From Opitutales bacterium (GTDB lineage: Bacteria; Verrucomicrobiota; Verrucomicrobiia; Opitutales; UBA953): a stretch of 64,000 nucleotides of DNA. Position numbers and translations under genes: made by a program. Location of the stretch: contig JBBAUX010000002.1 of assembly GCA_040398005.1 (NCBI GenBank), positions 114,798 to 178,797 on the forward strand, in the 5' to 3' direction. The first letter of the stretch is position 1. Each line of letters opens with the position of its first letter. The notes beneath the pieces are model-generated. The model ran no database searches. It saw only the letters and a program-made list of their open reading frames with translations, and was not told where the DNA came from. Below, piece after piece: positions 28,335 through 39,632 of the stretch.

Positions 28335-29063
28335 TTATAAAACGAAATCGGCCGGTGCAATGGCCACGGTGAATTCACCTTTCATTGAACCAGCTTTCAG
28401 CAGCGGGACTAATTCGCCAAGCGGAGCTGTGCGAATCGTTTCATGTAATTTAGTCAGTTCGCGTCCGACGCAGACGACGCGGGCCGGGCCAAGAATCTCG
28501 AGCATCTCATCAGCAAAATCGGCCATCCGATGGCAGGATTCATGGAGTACGATTGTTTCATCGCCTTGCAGTGATTGTTCGAGGAAGCGTCGACGTGCGG
28601 CTGACTTCGGCGGGAGAAAACCGATAAAGCGAAATGCATTCGTGGGGAGTCCCGAGGCGGAAAGCAGGGCGATGATGGCGCAAGGACCGGGCAGGGGAGT
28701 GACCGTGAGTTTCCGTCGACGGCATTCGCGTGTCACCCGGAATCCTGGATCACTAATCCCAGGCGTCCCCGCATCGGTAATCAACGCTACGACTTGTCCG
28801 GCCGAAATTTTTTCTGCTAACTCGATGGCCACTTCTTTTTCATTATGCTCATGGTAGGCAATCATCGGTTTAGATATTCCGATGTGTTTGAGTAACCCAA
28901 TGGTGACACGCGTATCTTCGCAGGCGATTAAATCGCAGGCGGTTAATTCTTTTTTAATTCGATCAGTGAGGTCACCCAGATTTCCTAACGGCGTAGCTAC
29001 GACTAAAAGTCGTCCACCTGCCTTGGGATTTGACCCAGGTTCATGTGAACCTGGCGTAGTCAT
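28335..29063 (-). CDS. rsmI: 16S rRNA (cytidine1402-2'-O)-methyltransferase
   Basis: VATPLGNLGD, ACEDTR, DAGTPGISDPG, RELTKLHE, KGEF. Confidence 0.96.
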   Translation of the reverse strand: MTTPGSHEPGSNPKAGGRLLVVATPLGNLGDLTDRIKKELTACDLIACEDTRVTIGLLKHIGISKPMIAYHEHNEKEVAIELAEKISAGQVVALITDAGTPGISDPGFRVTRECRRRKLTVTPLPGPCAIIALLSASGLPTNAFRFIGFLPPKSAARRRFLEQSLQGDETIVLHESCHRMADFADEMLEILGPARVVCVGRELTKLHETIRTAPLGELVPLLKAGSMKGEFTVAIAPADFVL

Positions 29064-29230
29064 TAGCGGTAACCAGATCCGCCAGTCGGACCCATCATGC
29101 CGGGAAGACCACCTTGCCACGAAGCGGGTTGCGCTTGTGGTAAAGTCGAATCGATAGGCTTTTCGGTGGTCTCACAGCCCGCCAATGCCATTAAGACAAG
29201 GGCGAGGACAATGAGATGAACGAAACGCAT
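29063..29230 (-). CDS. Small 55-aa lipoprotein (absent from ORF track)
   Basis: Translated by hand: MRFVHLIVLALVLMALAGCETTEKPIDSTLPQAQPASWQGGLPGMMGPTGGSGYR*; LAGC lipobox; TAATG overlap with rsmI start. Confidence 0.8.
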   Translation of the reverse strand: MRFVHLIVLALVLMALAGCETTEKPIDSTLPQAQPASWQGGLPGMMGPTGGSGYR

Positions 29231-29235
29231 GCGAA

Positions 29236-30150
29236 TTAGTTGTTCGCGATTTTACCGGAGATTGGCTCGAGGGTAACCACTGCACCATCAGAGAATTGGT
29301 CAACTTCGGAATCGATTAAAATTTGAGCGATACACTGAGCAGCTTGAACGGACTCAACGCGAACTTTACCTACGTCAGCACCATTGACTTGTACTTTGAA
29401 AACACTGCGGGCTTTAATACCGTCTAACTCACCGACGGAGAAACAGACTAATCCATTATCTGAATCAAGACGAACCACGCGGGTTTTGACGGTTTCTGGA
29501 GCGAACTCCGCTTGTAAGGAGTTGACCGAAGGTTGGGAGAGTGGATCGCGCGGATAGGAAGGCTTGGTGCCAGTGGAGCTTAAGAATGAATTGTAAAGTT
29601 GAGCGTAGAGTTGAACAACGGCATTGCGGCTCTCCTCAGCTTTAGTGGTCTTAGCAATTTCGGTATCGAGTTGTTCTTTGGTGAACATGCTCGCGGTTTT
29701 TTCTTTCTCCTTAACTAACTCCTGTTTGATGGAATTGAGTTCGGAGGTAAGTGAATCTTTTTTGCTGGTTATATCAGCTAATTGGGAAGTGAGTTCATCG
29801 CGCTTACGGGTGAGTTCAGCTACGTTGCCTTCGAGACCTTCAACCTTAGCATTCAAGCCCTCGATTTTGGTTTTCTTATCAGCCACATCTGCTTCGAGGT
29901 CTTTTTTGACACCTTCGAGCTCAGCGATTTTGGTACGTTTTTCGTCGACGATATTCTTCAGCTTGGACCCGATGACTTCCATGCGCTTATCGAATTGTTT
30001 AGGCGCCGCAATTTCAGCGTCCGTGACAGTCCAATCGGTATTTTTCATTCCGGCGTCGACTTTGCCTTTCAAGAGATAGGCAAAGACGCATGCAGTAATC
30101 GCAAGGACGATTCCAAGGATTCGGATGGCTAGATTTACGGACTTATTCAT
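29236..30150 (-). CDS. Membrane-anchored coiled-coil protein with C-terminal beta domain
   Basis: N-terminal TM helix, heptad-rich middle, C-terminal VVRLD..GLVCFSVG..DGIK...VGKVRV. Confidence 0.75.
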   Translation of the reverse strand: MNKSVNLAIRILGIVLAITACVFAYLLKGKVDAGMKNTDWTVTDAEIAAPKQFDKRMEVIGSKLKNIVDEKRTKIAELEGVKKDLEADVADKKTKIEGLNAKVEGLEGNVAELTRKRDELTSQLADITSKKDSLTSELNSIKQELVKEKEKTASMFTKEQLDTEIAKTTKAEESRNAVVQLYAQLYNSFLSSTGTKPSYPRDPLSQPSVNSLQAEFAPETVKTRVVRLDSDNGLVCFSVGELDGIKARSVFKVQVNGADVGKVRVESVQAAQCIAQILIDSEVDQFSDGAVVTLEPISGKIANN

Positions 30151-30171
30151 TGGGGGTAGGATGGATAAAAG

Positions 30172-31749
30172 TTATTTATGCCGGAAGGTAGTCAAACGGG
30201 GGTCCGGGTTTTCTATTGATTCAATAGAGCCGGGGTTTGACGAGGCATGGTGTAAGACTTTGAACACAAGTTCCTCCGAGCCTACAAGTCCAATCTCTTG
30301 ACAGATATTCACGGGGGTAAACCACTGTCCTTTATGTTTATTTAAGTGCAAAATGGCACTGGTCCGGACCTTGAGGGTTTCCGCGGCCGCCTTCTTGCCG
30401 GCTTCAACCCCAGGTTGGTGGTAAGCGTTGATGTTCAATAGACTAGCGTAGAGTCCGACCGTTCGTTCAAAAAGAGCGATTATTTGACCAATGGTCTGAG
30501 CGTCGACCTGTTTAAGGGTGAGGGTGATGCTTCCGCGCCCACTGTCTGACAGAGCTTGGCGAGTTCCTAAATAGAACGCCTGCAGGTAATCACCCGAAGT
30601 GGTCTCAGGGTCCACAAAAGGAGAGGGTCCTTCCCGGTCTTTTAAAACTTCGATGAATAACGCAAAAAAATTATTCAATCCATCGCGCAACTGTTGGACG
30701 TAGGCATGCTGATCGGTGCTCCCCTTGTTTCCGTAAACGGTGAGTCCTTGATAAACTTTTTTACCATCAAGGTCGGACTCTTTACCGAGCGACTCCATAA
30801 TCAATTGCTGAAGGTAGCGTGAAAATAAAAGCAGGCGGTCTTTGTAAGGAAGGACGACCATGGCTTTTTTACCCTGTCCGTCCGTTAAATGATACCAGGC
30901 GAGAGCGAGTTGTGCGGCAGGATTTTTTTCTGCATTCTTTTCTCGGGTGAGTTCATCCATTTTTTTGGCACCCAATAAAAGTGCATCGATGTCGATACCT
31001 TGTAGCGCGGCGGGAAGTAGGCCGACCGGACCTAACTCACTGGTGCGTCCGCCTACCCAATCCCACATGGGGAAACGTGCTAACCATTTTTCTTTGACTG
31101 CAATTTGATCGAGCTGACTACCTTCGCCCGTGACCGCCACCGCGTGCGCACTAAAATTTAATCCGGCTTTTTTCCAAACGAGTTCACTTTCGATTAAACC
31201 ATTACGAGGCTCGGGTGTGCTGCCTGACTTCGAAGTGACGATGACGAGTGTAGTACCTAATTGATTACCTAGATTTGCAAATACTCGGTCCATGCCATCG
31301 GGATCGGTATTATCAATAAAATGAATTTTTAATTTGTCGGTCGCGGTGCCTAAAGCATCCGCAACGAATTGTGGTCCTAAAGCCGAACCTCCAATACCGA
31401 TACAAAGACAGTCGGTAAATTTCCCTTTAGCCCCTTGGATAGATCCATTGTGTACCGACTTAGTAAATTGATGAATCGATTGTACGGCTTTAATAATTTC
31501 TGCAGTGAGTGAGGATTGCGGAGCTAATTCAGGGGTGCGCAACCAGTAATGCCCGACCATTCTTTTTTCGTCGGGATTAGCCATCGCCCCACTTTCCAAG
31601 GCGCTCATGTCCGCTAACGCTTTCGCGATCGGCGCGGACATTTTTTCTCTAAAGCCAGCAGGGGCAGGAGCTCGACTTAAATCCAAGGCGAATCCTAAAG
31701 CTGGGAAATTGAGTAGATGCTTGCTGTAAGAATCGAAAGAGGTGTCCAC
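30172..31749 (-). CDS. pgi: Glucose-6-phosphate isomerase
   Basis: [40 protein letters not shown]. Confidence 0.96.
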   Translation of the reverse strand: MDTSFDSYSKHLLNFPALGFALDLSRAPAPAGFREKMSAPIAKALADMSALESGAMANPDEKRMVGHYWLRTPELAPQSSLTAEIIKAVQSIHQFTKSVHNGSIQGAKGKFTDCLCIGIGGSALGPQFVADALGTATDKLKIHFIDNTDPDGMDRVFANLGNQLGTTLVIVTSKSGSTPEPRNGLIESELVWKKAGLNFSAHAVAVTGEGSQLDQIAVKEKWLARFPMWDWVGGRTSELGPVGLLPAALQGIDIDALLLGAKKMDELTREKNAEKNPAAQLALAWYHLTDGQGKKAMVVLPYKDRLLLFSRYLQQLIMESLGKESDLDGKKVYQGLTVYGNKGSTDQHAYVQQLRDGLNNFFALFIEVLKDREGPSPFVDPETTSGDYLQAFYLGTRQALSDSGRGSITLTLKQVDAQTIGQIIALFERTVGLYASLLNINAYHQPGVEAGKKAAAETLKVRTSAILHLNKHKGQWFTPVNICQEIGLVGSEELVFKVLHHASSNPGSIESIENPDPRLTTFRHK

Positions 31750-31834
31750 GACGTATTACCATCATCGGCGACGCTTAGTTTGGCAATCCCCGATGAGCAG
31801 AAATATCAATCTACCCCTTATTTTATCTAATTTA

Positions 31835-33523
31835 TTAGTCTCCGTCCGTAATCGCACCTTCCGAGGCAGAGGAAACAGACTTCGCGTATTTAGCTAACGC
31901 TCCACGCTTTTCTTTGCACGGTGTAGGTTTCCAGTTTTTGAGACGCTGAGCGATTTCTGCATCAGACACCGAAAGATTAATTTGATTTTTCACAGCATCG
32001 ATCGTGATGACGTCACCGTTTTGAATCACCGCAAGAACGCCCCCGACGGCTGCTTCGGGCGTGATGTGGCCGACGACGAAACCGTGACTGCCTCCAGAAA
32101 ATCTTCCATCCGTAATCAACGCGATAGTTTTGCCTAATCCTTTGCCCATGATGGCGCTCGTTGGCCCAAGCATTTCACGCATTCCTGGTCCGCCCTTAGG
32201 TCCTTCATTACGAATAACAATAACGTGACCGTCTTTAACTTCACCTTCTAAAATACCTTTGAGGGAGGCTTCTTCGGATTCATAGACGATTGCTTTACCC
32301 GAGAAACTATTTCCTTCTTTGCCAGAAATTTTTGCCACGGCGCCTTGCGGAGCAATGTTCCCACGAAGAATTCGTAAATGGCTATCGGCTTTGATGGGGT
32401 TACTGAAGGGACGAACCACATCCTGGTCCGCCGCGTAGGGCTTAACGCTGGCCAGGTTTTCGGCGACGGTCTTCCCGGTTACGGTTAAGCAATTTCCGTG
32501 GAGCAGGCCCTTATCTAAAAGCATTTTTAATAAAGGTTGGAGTCCGCCAATACGAACGAAGTGCGCCATGTTGTATTTTCCACTAGGCTTTAAGTCGCAG
32601 AGTACTGGAACTTTTTGACCGATGCGTTCAAAGTCTTCGAGACTGATTTTCACACCCGCCGAGTGAGCCATCGCGATGATATGAAGAACCGCATTGGTTG
32701 ATCCACCGAGTGCAATCACCACAGTGATAGCATTTTCAAAAGCTTCTTTCGTGAGAATATCCGACGGGCGAATATTTTTCTTAAGTAATTCCAAGACGGC
32801 CTTACCCGCGCGATCGCAATCCGCTAATTTATCTTTCGAGTTCGCTAATTGAGCCGAACTATCGGGTAAGCTTAAACCTAACGCCTCAATCGCACAAGCC
32901 ATCGTGTTAGCGGTGTACATGCCACCACATGAGCCTTCGCCAGGAATCGAGCACGTCTCGATTTCTTTGAGTTCGGTCTCGGTGATTTGATTCGCCGCAA
33001 ATTTTCCGACTGCTTCGAAAACGGTGACGATGTCAGCTGCTTTACCATGGTGTAATCCCGGTACAATAGTTCCGCCATAGACGAAGACAGAAGGGCGATT
33101 GAGTCGCGCCATTGCCATTACGCATCCAGGCATGTTTTTATCGCAACCGCCGATGGTGACGAGTCCGTCAAAACCTTCAGCACCCGCGACGGCTTCAACC
33201 GAGTCGGCAATAATTTCACGTGATACTAGAGAGTAGCGCATACCTGGCGTACCCATGGAAATGCCGTCCGAAACGGTAATCGTCCCAAAGATAATCGCCT
33301 TACCACCTGCCTCATCTGCTCCCTTGGCTGCTTGTACGGCCAGGCGATCGATGTGCATATTACAAGGGGTGACCATCGACCACGTGGAGGCGATGCCGAC
33401 GACGGGCTTCTTGAAGTCTGCATCGGTAAAGCCCACGGCTCTCAACATTGCACGGCTAGGAGCACGGTCTGGGCCGTCGACAACGAGTGCTGAAAATTGG
33501 CGTTGGTTGTTTGAATGGGTCAT
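31835..33523 (-). CDS. ilvD: Dihydroxy-acid dehydratase
   Basis: PCNMH, CDKNMPG, CGGMYTANTM, GGSTNAVLH, GPGMREM, TDGRFSG. Confidence 0.97.
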   Translation of the reverse strand: MTHSNNQRQFSALVVDGPDRAPSRAMLRAVGFTDADFKKPVVGIASTWSMVTPCNMHIDRLAVQAAKGADEAGGKAIIFGTITVSDGISMGTPGMRYSLVSREIIADSVEAVAGAEGFDGLVTIGGCDKNMPGCVMAMARLNRPSVFVYGGTIVPGLHHGKAADIVTVFEAVGKFAANQITETELKEIETCSIPGEGSCGGMYTANTMACAIEALGLSLPDSSAQLANSKDKLADCDRAGKAVLELLKKNIRPSDILTKEAFENAITVVIALGGSTNAVLHIIAMAHSAGVKISLEDFERIGQKVPVLCDLKPSGKYNMAHFVRIGGLQPLLKMLLDKGLLHGNCLTVTGKTVAENLASVKPYAADQDVVRPFSNPIKADSHLRILRGNIAPQGAVAKISGKEGNSFSGKAIVYESEEASLKGILEGEVKDGHVIVIRNEGPKGGPGMREMLGPTSAIMGKGLGKTIALITDGRFSGGSHGFVVGHITPEAAVGGVLAVIQNGDVITIDAVKNQINLSVSDAEIAQRLKNWKPTPCKEKRGALAKYAKSVSSASEGAITDGD

Positions 33524-33633
33524 GGTATGAAAGTCTGCGGTTGTCAGTGGGACGGTCTCCCTTAATAAGGAGTTCAATGGACTTTGTGGTCCAGCCACCC
33601 GTTCGACAACCCGAATTTAAGACCTTCCTATCC

Positions 33634-34404
33634 ATGGAATTCAACCTCAAGAAGATTATTAAAGCCCTCCTCCTCTCGACCTCGGAGGCCGTGTCCATCA
33701 AAGACATCCAAAAAGTCGTCCAACGCTACCATGCACAAGCTGTCCATGAGAAGAGCGAGGAAGGGGCTACCCCTGCGACCGAGGCGCCCACTCCATCGGA
33801 AGCTCCGGTTCAAGAAGTGATTCAAGATATCATTAACCAAGTTCCCACTTTGCTCACCGCGACACAGATTCGTGAAGCGGTAGATATTCTTGAAGCCGAA
33901 ATGCGCGACTCTAATGACTCCGCACGAATTCTCCAAGGCCCTGAAGGTTTTCGTTTGGTGATTTCTCCAGCGTACGCTGACTGGGTTCGACTCCTGCGCG
34001 GCGAACCTCGTCCGCAACGTCTGAGTCCAGCCTCTTTAGAAACTCTTTCAATCATCGCCTACCGTCAGCCAGTCACGCGTCCCGAAATGGAAGCGATTCG
34101 CGGCGTCTCGGTGGACAGTGCACTCAATCGTTTATTGGAATTAGAACTAGTAACTGTGACTGGTCGTGCCGATTTACCGGGTCGCCCAATTCAATATGGC
34201 ACCACCGATAAATTTTTAGACTTCACCGGCCTCCGTACGCTCGGCGAATTACCTGCGTCCGACGTTTTATCGCCCGCGCAAATTTCGGAGTGGATCACTC
34301 GTGCGACCACGCCCGTAGCGGTCGGCGACGCCGAAATGGGTTTGCCGCTTGAAGATAATTCTAGTTCGGTAAACATTGATTCAGATTCACCACCTTCTTC
34401 ATGA
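33634..34404 (+). CDS. scpB: Segregation and condensation protein B
   Basis: LETLSIIAYRQPVTR.E.EAIRGV, GRPIQYGTTDKFL; start set at MEFNLKK. Confidence 0.93.
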   Translation: MEFNLKKIIKALLLSTSEAVSIKDIQKVVQRYHAQAVHEKSEEGATPATEAPTPSEAPVQEVIQDIINQVPTLLTATQIREAVDILEAEMRDSNDSARILQGPEGFRLVISPAYADWVRLLRGEPRPQRLSPASLETLSIIAYRQPVTRPEMEAIRGVSVDSALNRLLELELVTVTGRADLPGRPIQYGTTDKFLDFTGLRTLGELPASDVLSPAQISEWITRATTPVAVGDAEMGLPLEDNSSSVNIDSDSPPSS

Positions 34405-35468
34405 GTTTAGACGAACATCGCAAATCCGTTGATCGCATAGACAAAGAAATTCTTCGTCTATTGGGCGAGCGTTTGCAGGTCGCTAAAGCCATCGGCGAAG
34501 CGAAGTTAAAATCAGGCGCACCGGTTTACGCTCCACAACGTGAAGAACAAGTTTTACGTTCACTGGTCGAAGCTGCACCAGCATTACCCGCCTCTGGCAT
34601 TCGTTCTGTTTTTCGCGAAATTATTTCTCTCTCTATCGGTGCCCAAATGGCGAAGCCCGTTGCTTATCTCGGGCCCGAAGGTTCGTTCACGCAGCAAGCA
34701 CAAATCCGCGCCTTTGGTTCGAGCGTGCCTGCCTTACCTTTGAAATCGATTAGCGATATTTTCGCCGCGGTTGAATCGGGCGAGGCCTCCTATGGCGTCG
34801 TTCCCGTAGAAAATTCTACGGAAGGTGTCGTCAGTCACTCGTTGGATTTACTAGCTGAGTCCGAATTAAAAGTGGTCGCACAAATCACCCTCTCGGTGGA
34901 ACAGTGTTTGATTGGTTTTGGACCACTGAACGAAATCACGCACGTACTTTCTAAAGACATCGCCCTCGCCCAGTGTCGTGGTTGGTTATCTCGTCATGTC
35001 CCTCAGGCTACATTAGTTGAAACCGAAAGCACCGCGGCGGCGGTTGAAAAAGTAATGAAAGAGCCGAAGGGTAGTGCCGCTGTCGCGGCCGCCTCCGCCG
35101 CTGAATCACGCGGTGTTCCGATTTTATCTCGCGGCATTCAGGATCGTCGCGACAACGCGACCCGCTTCTTTGTCATTGGCACAGCGGCGAATTCTCCGGG
35201 CAGTAAAGATGAAGTTACCAGTGTAGTTTTAACTTTAAAGCATGAGCCTGGTGCACTCCAAGCCGCTCTCAGTTCCTTTTCCGACCGCGGTATTAATTTG
35301 ATTCGTATCGAGTCACGCCCCAGCCGTCGTCGCGCTTGGGAATACTTATTCTTCATTGATTTCCCTGGTCACTGGGAAACTCCTGCCGTTCAAGAAGCAG
35401 TCGTCGCTCTCAAGGGACGCTGTGAAATCGTCAAGTGGTTGGGTAGCTATCCGCAGTCCGCGGGATGA
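34401..35468 (+). CDS. pheA: Chorismate mutase / prephenate dehydratase (P-protein)
   Basis: N-terminal CM helix, AYLGPEGSF, PVENSTEG, NATRF, ACT domain IESRP. Confidence 0.95.
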   Translation: MSLDEHRKSVDRIDKEILRLLGERLQVAKAIGEAKLKSGAPVYAPQREEQVLRSLVEAAPALPASGIRSVFREIISLSIGAQMAKPVAYLGPEGSFTQQAQIRAFGSSVPALPLKSISDIFAAVESGEASYGVVPVENSTEGVVSHSLDLLAESELKVVAQITLSVEQCLIGFGPLNEITHVLSKDIALAQCRGWLSRHVPQATLVETESTAAAVEKVMKEPKGSAAVAAASAAESRGVPILSRGIQDRRDNATRFFVIGTAANSPGSKDEVTSVVLTLKHEPGALQAALSSFSDRGINLIRIESRPSRRRAWEYLFFIDFPGHWETPAVQEAVVALKGRCEIVKWLGSYPQSAG

Positions 35469-36397
35469 ATAAGAAAACCATCGGCACGATTTTGATCACA
35501 GTTTTAATTGTGACCACGCTCGTGTCTTCCTGGCTCTGGTGGCGTGCATGGTCGGCTCCTTTAGTGGATGTTTTTTTTAGACCCGGATTTTCGATTCATG
35601 GAATCGGTGTGGGCACGCCTGTTCGCGTTCAAGGCGTAGTCGTCGGACAAGTTTCCTCCATCGGACTTTCCTCTGACAGTGAAGCGAGACTTCGTCCGCA
35701 GGTAAATTTAAGTTTGAATCCTGAGGTGTTGGATAATCGTGGCTTTGCGGAACGTTTACGCGGTAAAAATTTACAGGAAGAAGTGGCGCAAGGCCTTCGG
35801 GTTCATCTCGTGGTGGTGAGTCCAGCCTCTGGCCTGGTTCAAGTAGAATTATTTTGGGCTAAAAATGATTCCCTGCCAGCCGGCTTAGCAGAGAATGAAA
35901 TTCCTGCGACGGGGCAGACGATGCAACGTGCGATGGAGCGTTTGGTGAAAGAACTGAATCGTGCTACCCAATGTGATCTCGAAAAAATTGCGCAAGACTT
36001 AGAAAAAGATCTCGACCAATATTTCCCAAAATCAGACCCTGCCTTTGCCTCAGTCTTCTCGGCTAAATTAGTTGCCACGAGCGAATCCTTAGTCACCGCG
36101 ACGAATCCAGAAAATTTTGGACCCAAGCTCGCGCGAATCACAGAAGCCTGTGCCGCTTTACGTTCGGATATGGAAACGATGAACAAAGAGTTCAGTCTGG
36201 AAAATTTAATTATCCTCCAGGCTCATTTGGCCGACGCCACGGCGGCCCTCGATTCATTCGCCGCATCGCTCGAGGGTTCACAGTCTAAAATTAATGCTTC
36301 CGCCGAGGAAATTACCGCTTTGTTTCAGTTGATTTCTCGTGGGGCCCGCGATTGGAAAGAAAAAACTGAAGCCTTTGGCCGAGAACCTCGGCCTTAA
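35465..36397 (+). CDS. MlaD/MCE-domain protein
   Basis: N-terminal TM, GIGVGTPVRVQGVVVGQVSSI MCE motif, helical tail. Confidence 0.8.
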   Translation: MNKKTIGTILITVLIVTTLVSSWLWWRAWSAPLVDVFFRPGFSIHGIGVGTPVRVQGVVVGQVSSIGLSSDSEARLRPQVNLSLNPEVLDNRGFAERLRGKNLQEEVAQGLRVHLVVVSPASGLVQVELFWAKNDSLPAGLAENEIPATGQTMQRAMERLVKELNRATQCDLEKIAQDLEKDLDQYFPKSDPAFASVFSAKLVATSESLVTATNPENFGPKLARITEACAALRSDMETMNKEFSLENLIILQAHLADATAALDSFAASLEGSQSKINASAEEITALFQLISRGARDWKEKTEAFGREPRP

Positions 36398-36454
36398 TGC
36401 TGAACAGGCTTGCGGACAGGCAGGCCTCAAGCGTAAGTCAGAACCATCACTATT

Positions 36455-37957
36455 ATGGCAGAACCTACCGATAAAATGGAGTCCATCATCAACCTGTGCA
36501 AACGTCGCGGGTTTGTTTTTGCTTCTTCCGAAATCTACGGCGGACTCAATGGATTTTTTGACTACGGCCCCTTGGGCGCGGAACTTAAAAATAATATCAA
36601 ACAGGCCTGGTGGCAGGACTTCGTTCACCGTCGCGACGACATCGTCGGTCTAGATTCAACCATCATTCACCATCCGACCACTTGGAAGGCCTCGGGTCAC
36701 ATCGATAATTTCACCGATCCGCTGGTCGACTGTAAGGAATCGAAAATGCGCTACCGCGCCGACCAACTATTTTTTGCACCGGTCATCGTTGCCGGAGAAA
36801 CGATTGGTTATGTTTCCGTTTTAGAAGATGAAGGTATGCAGGCTAAAGCCGAAGAATTGGCGAATGATTTAAAACGTAAGCTCGCTAAGCCTGGTGTCCT
36901 CGAGCCGATAAAATTAAAAGACTACACCGAATCTACTGCTGAACAGCACGCTTTAATTCCTTCTCCTGCTACCGGAAAGCCTGGTTCGCTCACCCCTCCA
37001 CGTTCCTTCAATATGATGTTCCAGACCTACGTGGGTGCGATGCAGGATGCTTCCGCCGTCGCTTATCTCCGTCCGGAAACCGCCCAAGGTATTTTTATTA
37101 ATTTTAAGAATGTCGTCGATACGGGCCGCGTGAAATTGCCTTTTGGTATCGCGCAAATGGGCAAAGCCTTTCGTAACGAAATCAACCCACGTAACTTTAT
37201 TTTCCGATCACGTGAGTTCGAACAAATGGAAATCGAGTATTTTATTTCACCCCAAGCGGATTGGCAAACAGCCCACCGCGGTTGGATCGAAGATTGTTTA
37301 GCCTGGTTTGAATCTATTGGTATTCCTCGTGCCAAACTTTCGCTTTATCCTCACCCTCAAGAAAAACTCGCCCACTATTCGAAGGGTACTACGGATATCA
37401 TGTTCGAATTTCCTTTTGGCGTACAAGAACTTCAAGGGGTCGCCGCGCGCGGTGATTTCGACTTAACGCAACACAGCCAAGTCTCGGGCCAAAAATTAGA
37501 TTGGTTCGATGAAGCAGCTAAGGCTCGCTTTATTCCTCACGTCATCGAGCCCTCCGTCGGCGTGGATCGTGTTTTCCTAGCACTGCTCACCACCGCTTAT
37601 CACGAAGACGAAGTGGAAGGTGAAAAACGCGTCGTTCTTAAATTGCCCATCCGCGTGGCACCCTTTAAGGCCGCCGTTTTCCCGCTGGTTAAGAATAAGC
37701 CGGAAATCGTTGAGCGTGCTGAAGCTTTATACCGCCGCCTCAAGAAACGCTTTAACGTGTTTTATGATGCGTCTGGCGCAATCGGCCGTCGCTATCGTCG
37801 CCAAGACGAAATCGGCACACCTTACGGTATCACCATCGACTTCGAGACGATTGAAAAAGGGGCCGGCGTGACTGTCCGTAATCGCGACACCCTAGAGCAG
37901 GTGCGTATGACTGAAGACGAAGTCGTTCGCTTCCTCGACGAAAAGATTAACGGATAA
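36455..37957 (+). CDS. glyQS: Glycine--tRNA ligase, alpha2 type
   Basis: [55 protein letters not shown]. Confidence 0.96.
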   Translation: MAEPTDKMESIINLCKRRGFVFASSEIYGGLNGFFDYGPLGAELKNNIKQAWWQDFVHRRDDIVGLDSTIIHHPTTWKASGHIDNFTDPLVDCKESKMRYRADQLFFAPVIVAGETIGYVSVLEDEGMQAKAEELANDLKRKLAKPGVLEPIKLKDYTESTAEQHALIPSPATGKPGSLTPPRSFNMMFQTYVGAMQDASAVAYLRPETAQGIFINFKNVVDTGRVKLPFGIAQMGKAFRNEINPRNFIFRSREFEQMEIEYFISPQADWQTAHRGWIEDCLAWFESIGIPRAKLSLYPHPQEKLAHYSKGTTDIMFEFPFGVQELQGVAARGDFDLTQHSQVSGQKLDWFDEAAKARFIPHVIEPSVGVDRVFLALLTTAYHEDEVEGEKRVVLKLPIRVAPFKAAVFPLVKNKPEIVERAEALYRRLKKRFNVFYDASGAIGRRYRRQDEIGTPYGITIDFETIEKGAGVTVRNRDTLEQVRMTEDEVVRFLDEKING

Positions 37958-39632
37958 CGACGGCACTGCCGCTCAGTTCTTCGGCGAATCTTGCGAGATG
38001 TCGCTTTCCACAAAGGGAAGCGGCTATCGTAAGATTGCGAAGTCCTTGCGGGAGGTGAGCTAAGAAATCGGCCCGACCTTTTTTCTTACCTAAATAAGCA
38101 TACGCTCCACAGGCTTGTAAGAGTCGTTGGGTCGCACCGATGTGCAGCAAGTGGCTGAATTCATCGAGTGAACCTTTCCAGCCGGAAATTTCTTTGGTGT
38201 GATCTTCGATTTCAATCCGCCATAAATCCATATCGCGACGCTTGAGATAGGGATCAAACATGAGCGACGCGTAATCGTAGAACATCGATCCCATACGAGC
38301 ACCCTGGAAATCGATTAACCAAGATTGATCATTCCTCACTAAAATATTTTGAGACTGGAAATCGCGGTGCAGTACCACTTGAGGCTGAGCTGATAATTCT
38401 TTAGCGAGTGAAGCCATGTCGTTAATTACATCACGCGAAGGCTTCTTGGTGACGCAGACATTGTCTAGGAAGTACTGACGTTCCCAACCGTAGAGTTTAT
38501 CGTTAAACGGCTCGTTTAAAGTGATTTGGGCCTGATTCATGGCCTCTGTGCCAATGCGGTGCAGGTGGGTTACTTGTTCAAGCGCCGAGGCGAATTGAGC
38601 CCAGGGAAAACTTTCATTCTGGCTCAATGACCAAAGATCAATCGTTCCTAAATCTTCTAATACTAAAAGTCCCAAGTCTTTATCTTCAGCAATGACGGCA
38701 GGAACATTCAGACCGTTCAGATGAAGAACTTTAGCGATATCTCCATAAATTAAATTTTCGGGGCGACTGTCATCATAATTACACAGCACAGAAGGATTTC
38801 CTTGCGCGTCTTGCGTGTGATAAAACTGTCTACCCGATCCGCCTTTAATCGCCGCACCTTCTGCAGTTAAAATAAGTCTGAGACGTTTAGTGGCATCCTC
38901 TATTTTTAAACTACCGCGTGCAGGTTTTTCTAATTCAGCTTTAACTTTTTGATATTCTTCGACCGTGCCTAAATCATGCCAGAACTTTGAGCTATCGAGA
39001 TAACCTTGCACGGATTGCGGAGCTTCTTGGAGGCGACGAAGGAAATGCTCAACGAGAGATTCAATCGTGGCAGGAGTGGTCTGAATAAATGCGCGAGAGA
39101 CAAAACAAATACCCGTGTATTGGTAGGCGGTCTCGGTTTTTCCTAAGCGATCACGCATGTCGGTGATGAGACCATCTTGGGTGATCCGAACGTTTTTATT
39201 CGGTCCCTCTTCACGCACAATCAATGTGGCCTCGGCATGGTTACTGGTGTGATAAGCGTAGGCATTTTTTACGTCGCAATCGCTTAAGATATCGCCGTTC
39301 CAGATAATTAACTGCGTGTCTTCAGGTGTTAAATACTGAGCAATATTGGCTAAGCCCCCGCCCGTTTCTAATAGCGTGGGCTCAAAAACTAAATCTACTT
39401 TCGCGGTACCCCAAGTGCCTTCAGGAAAAGTCTGTTTCCAGACGTCGGGGCAGTGGTGCGTGTTGATAATAAATCGTTGTACCCCGGCCTGACGGAGTTT
39501 TTCCATGGCGCGAAAAACTATAGGCTGTTCGCCGATGGGCAGAAGGGGCTTCGGGCAATTTTCCGTGAGTGGTCGGAGGCGCTGACCGAGGCCAGCTCCT
39601 AATATAAATGCAGTGGTCGGAAAATTATTCAT
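37947..39632 (-). CDS. Fused sugar-1-phosphate nucleotidyltransferase (MurU-like) + aminoglycoside-phosphotransferase-fold kinase (AmgK-like)
   Basis: N-term [32 protein letters not shown]-term [28 protein letters not shown]. Confidence 0.8.
   Translation of the reverse strand: MNNFPTTAFILGAGLGQRLRPLTENCPKPLLPIGEQPIVFRAMEKLRQAGVQRFIINTHHCPDVWKQTFPEGTWGTAKVDLVFEPTLLETGGGLANIAQYLTPEDTQLIIWNGDILSDCDVKNAYAYHTSNHAEATLIVREEGPNKNVRITQDGLITDMRDRLGKTETAYQYTGICFVSRAFIQTTPATIESLVEHFLRRLQEAPQSVQGYLDSSKFWHDLGTVEEYQKVKAELEKPARGSLKIEDATKRLRLILTAEGAAIKGGSGRQFYHTQDAQGNPSVLCNYDDSRPENLIYGDIAKVLHLNGLNVPAVIAEDKDLGLLVLEDLGTIDLWSLSQNESFPWAQFASALEQVTHLHRIGTEAMNQAQITLNEPFNDKLYGWERQYFLDNVCVTKKPSRDVINDMASLAKELSAQPQVVLHRDFQSQNILVRNDQSWLIDFQGARMGSMFYDYASLMFDPYLKRRDMDLWRIEIEDHTKEISGWKGSLDEFSHLLHIGATQRLLQACGAYAYLGKKKGRADFLAHLPQGLRNLTIAASLCGKRHLARFAEELSGSAVVIR

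Noticed and set aside
28150..28857. 235-aa plus-strand ORF
   Set aside because: Antisense to rsmI, Ser/Arg-rich, no recognisable domain
29063..29230. Possible ncRNA (e.g. SRP RNA) in the gap upstream of rsmI
   Set aside because: No SRP helix-8 motif seen; the gap is fully explained by a lipoprotein ORF
33487..33633. Overlapping upstream extensions of ilvD and scpB
   Set aside because: Conserved sequence starts at 33523 and 33634; the region is a divergent promoter spacer
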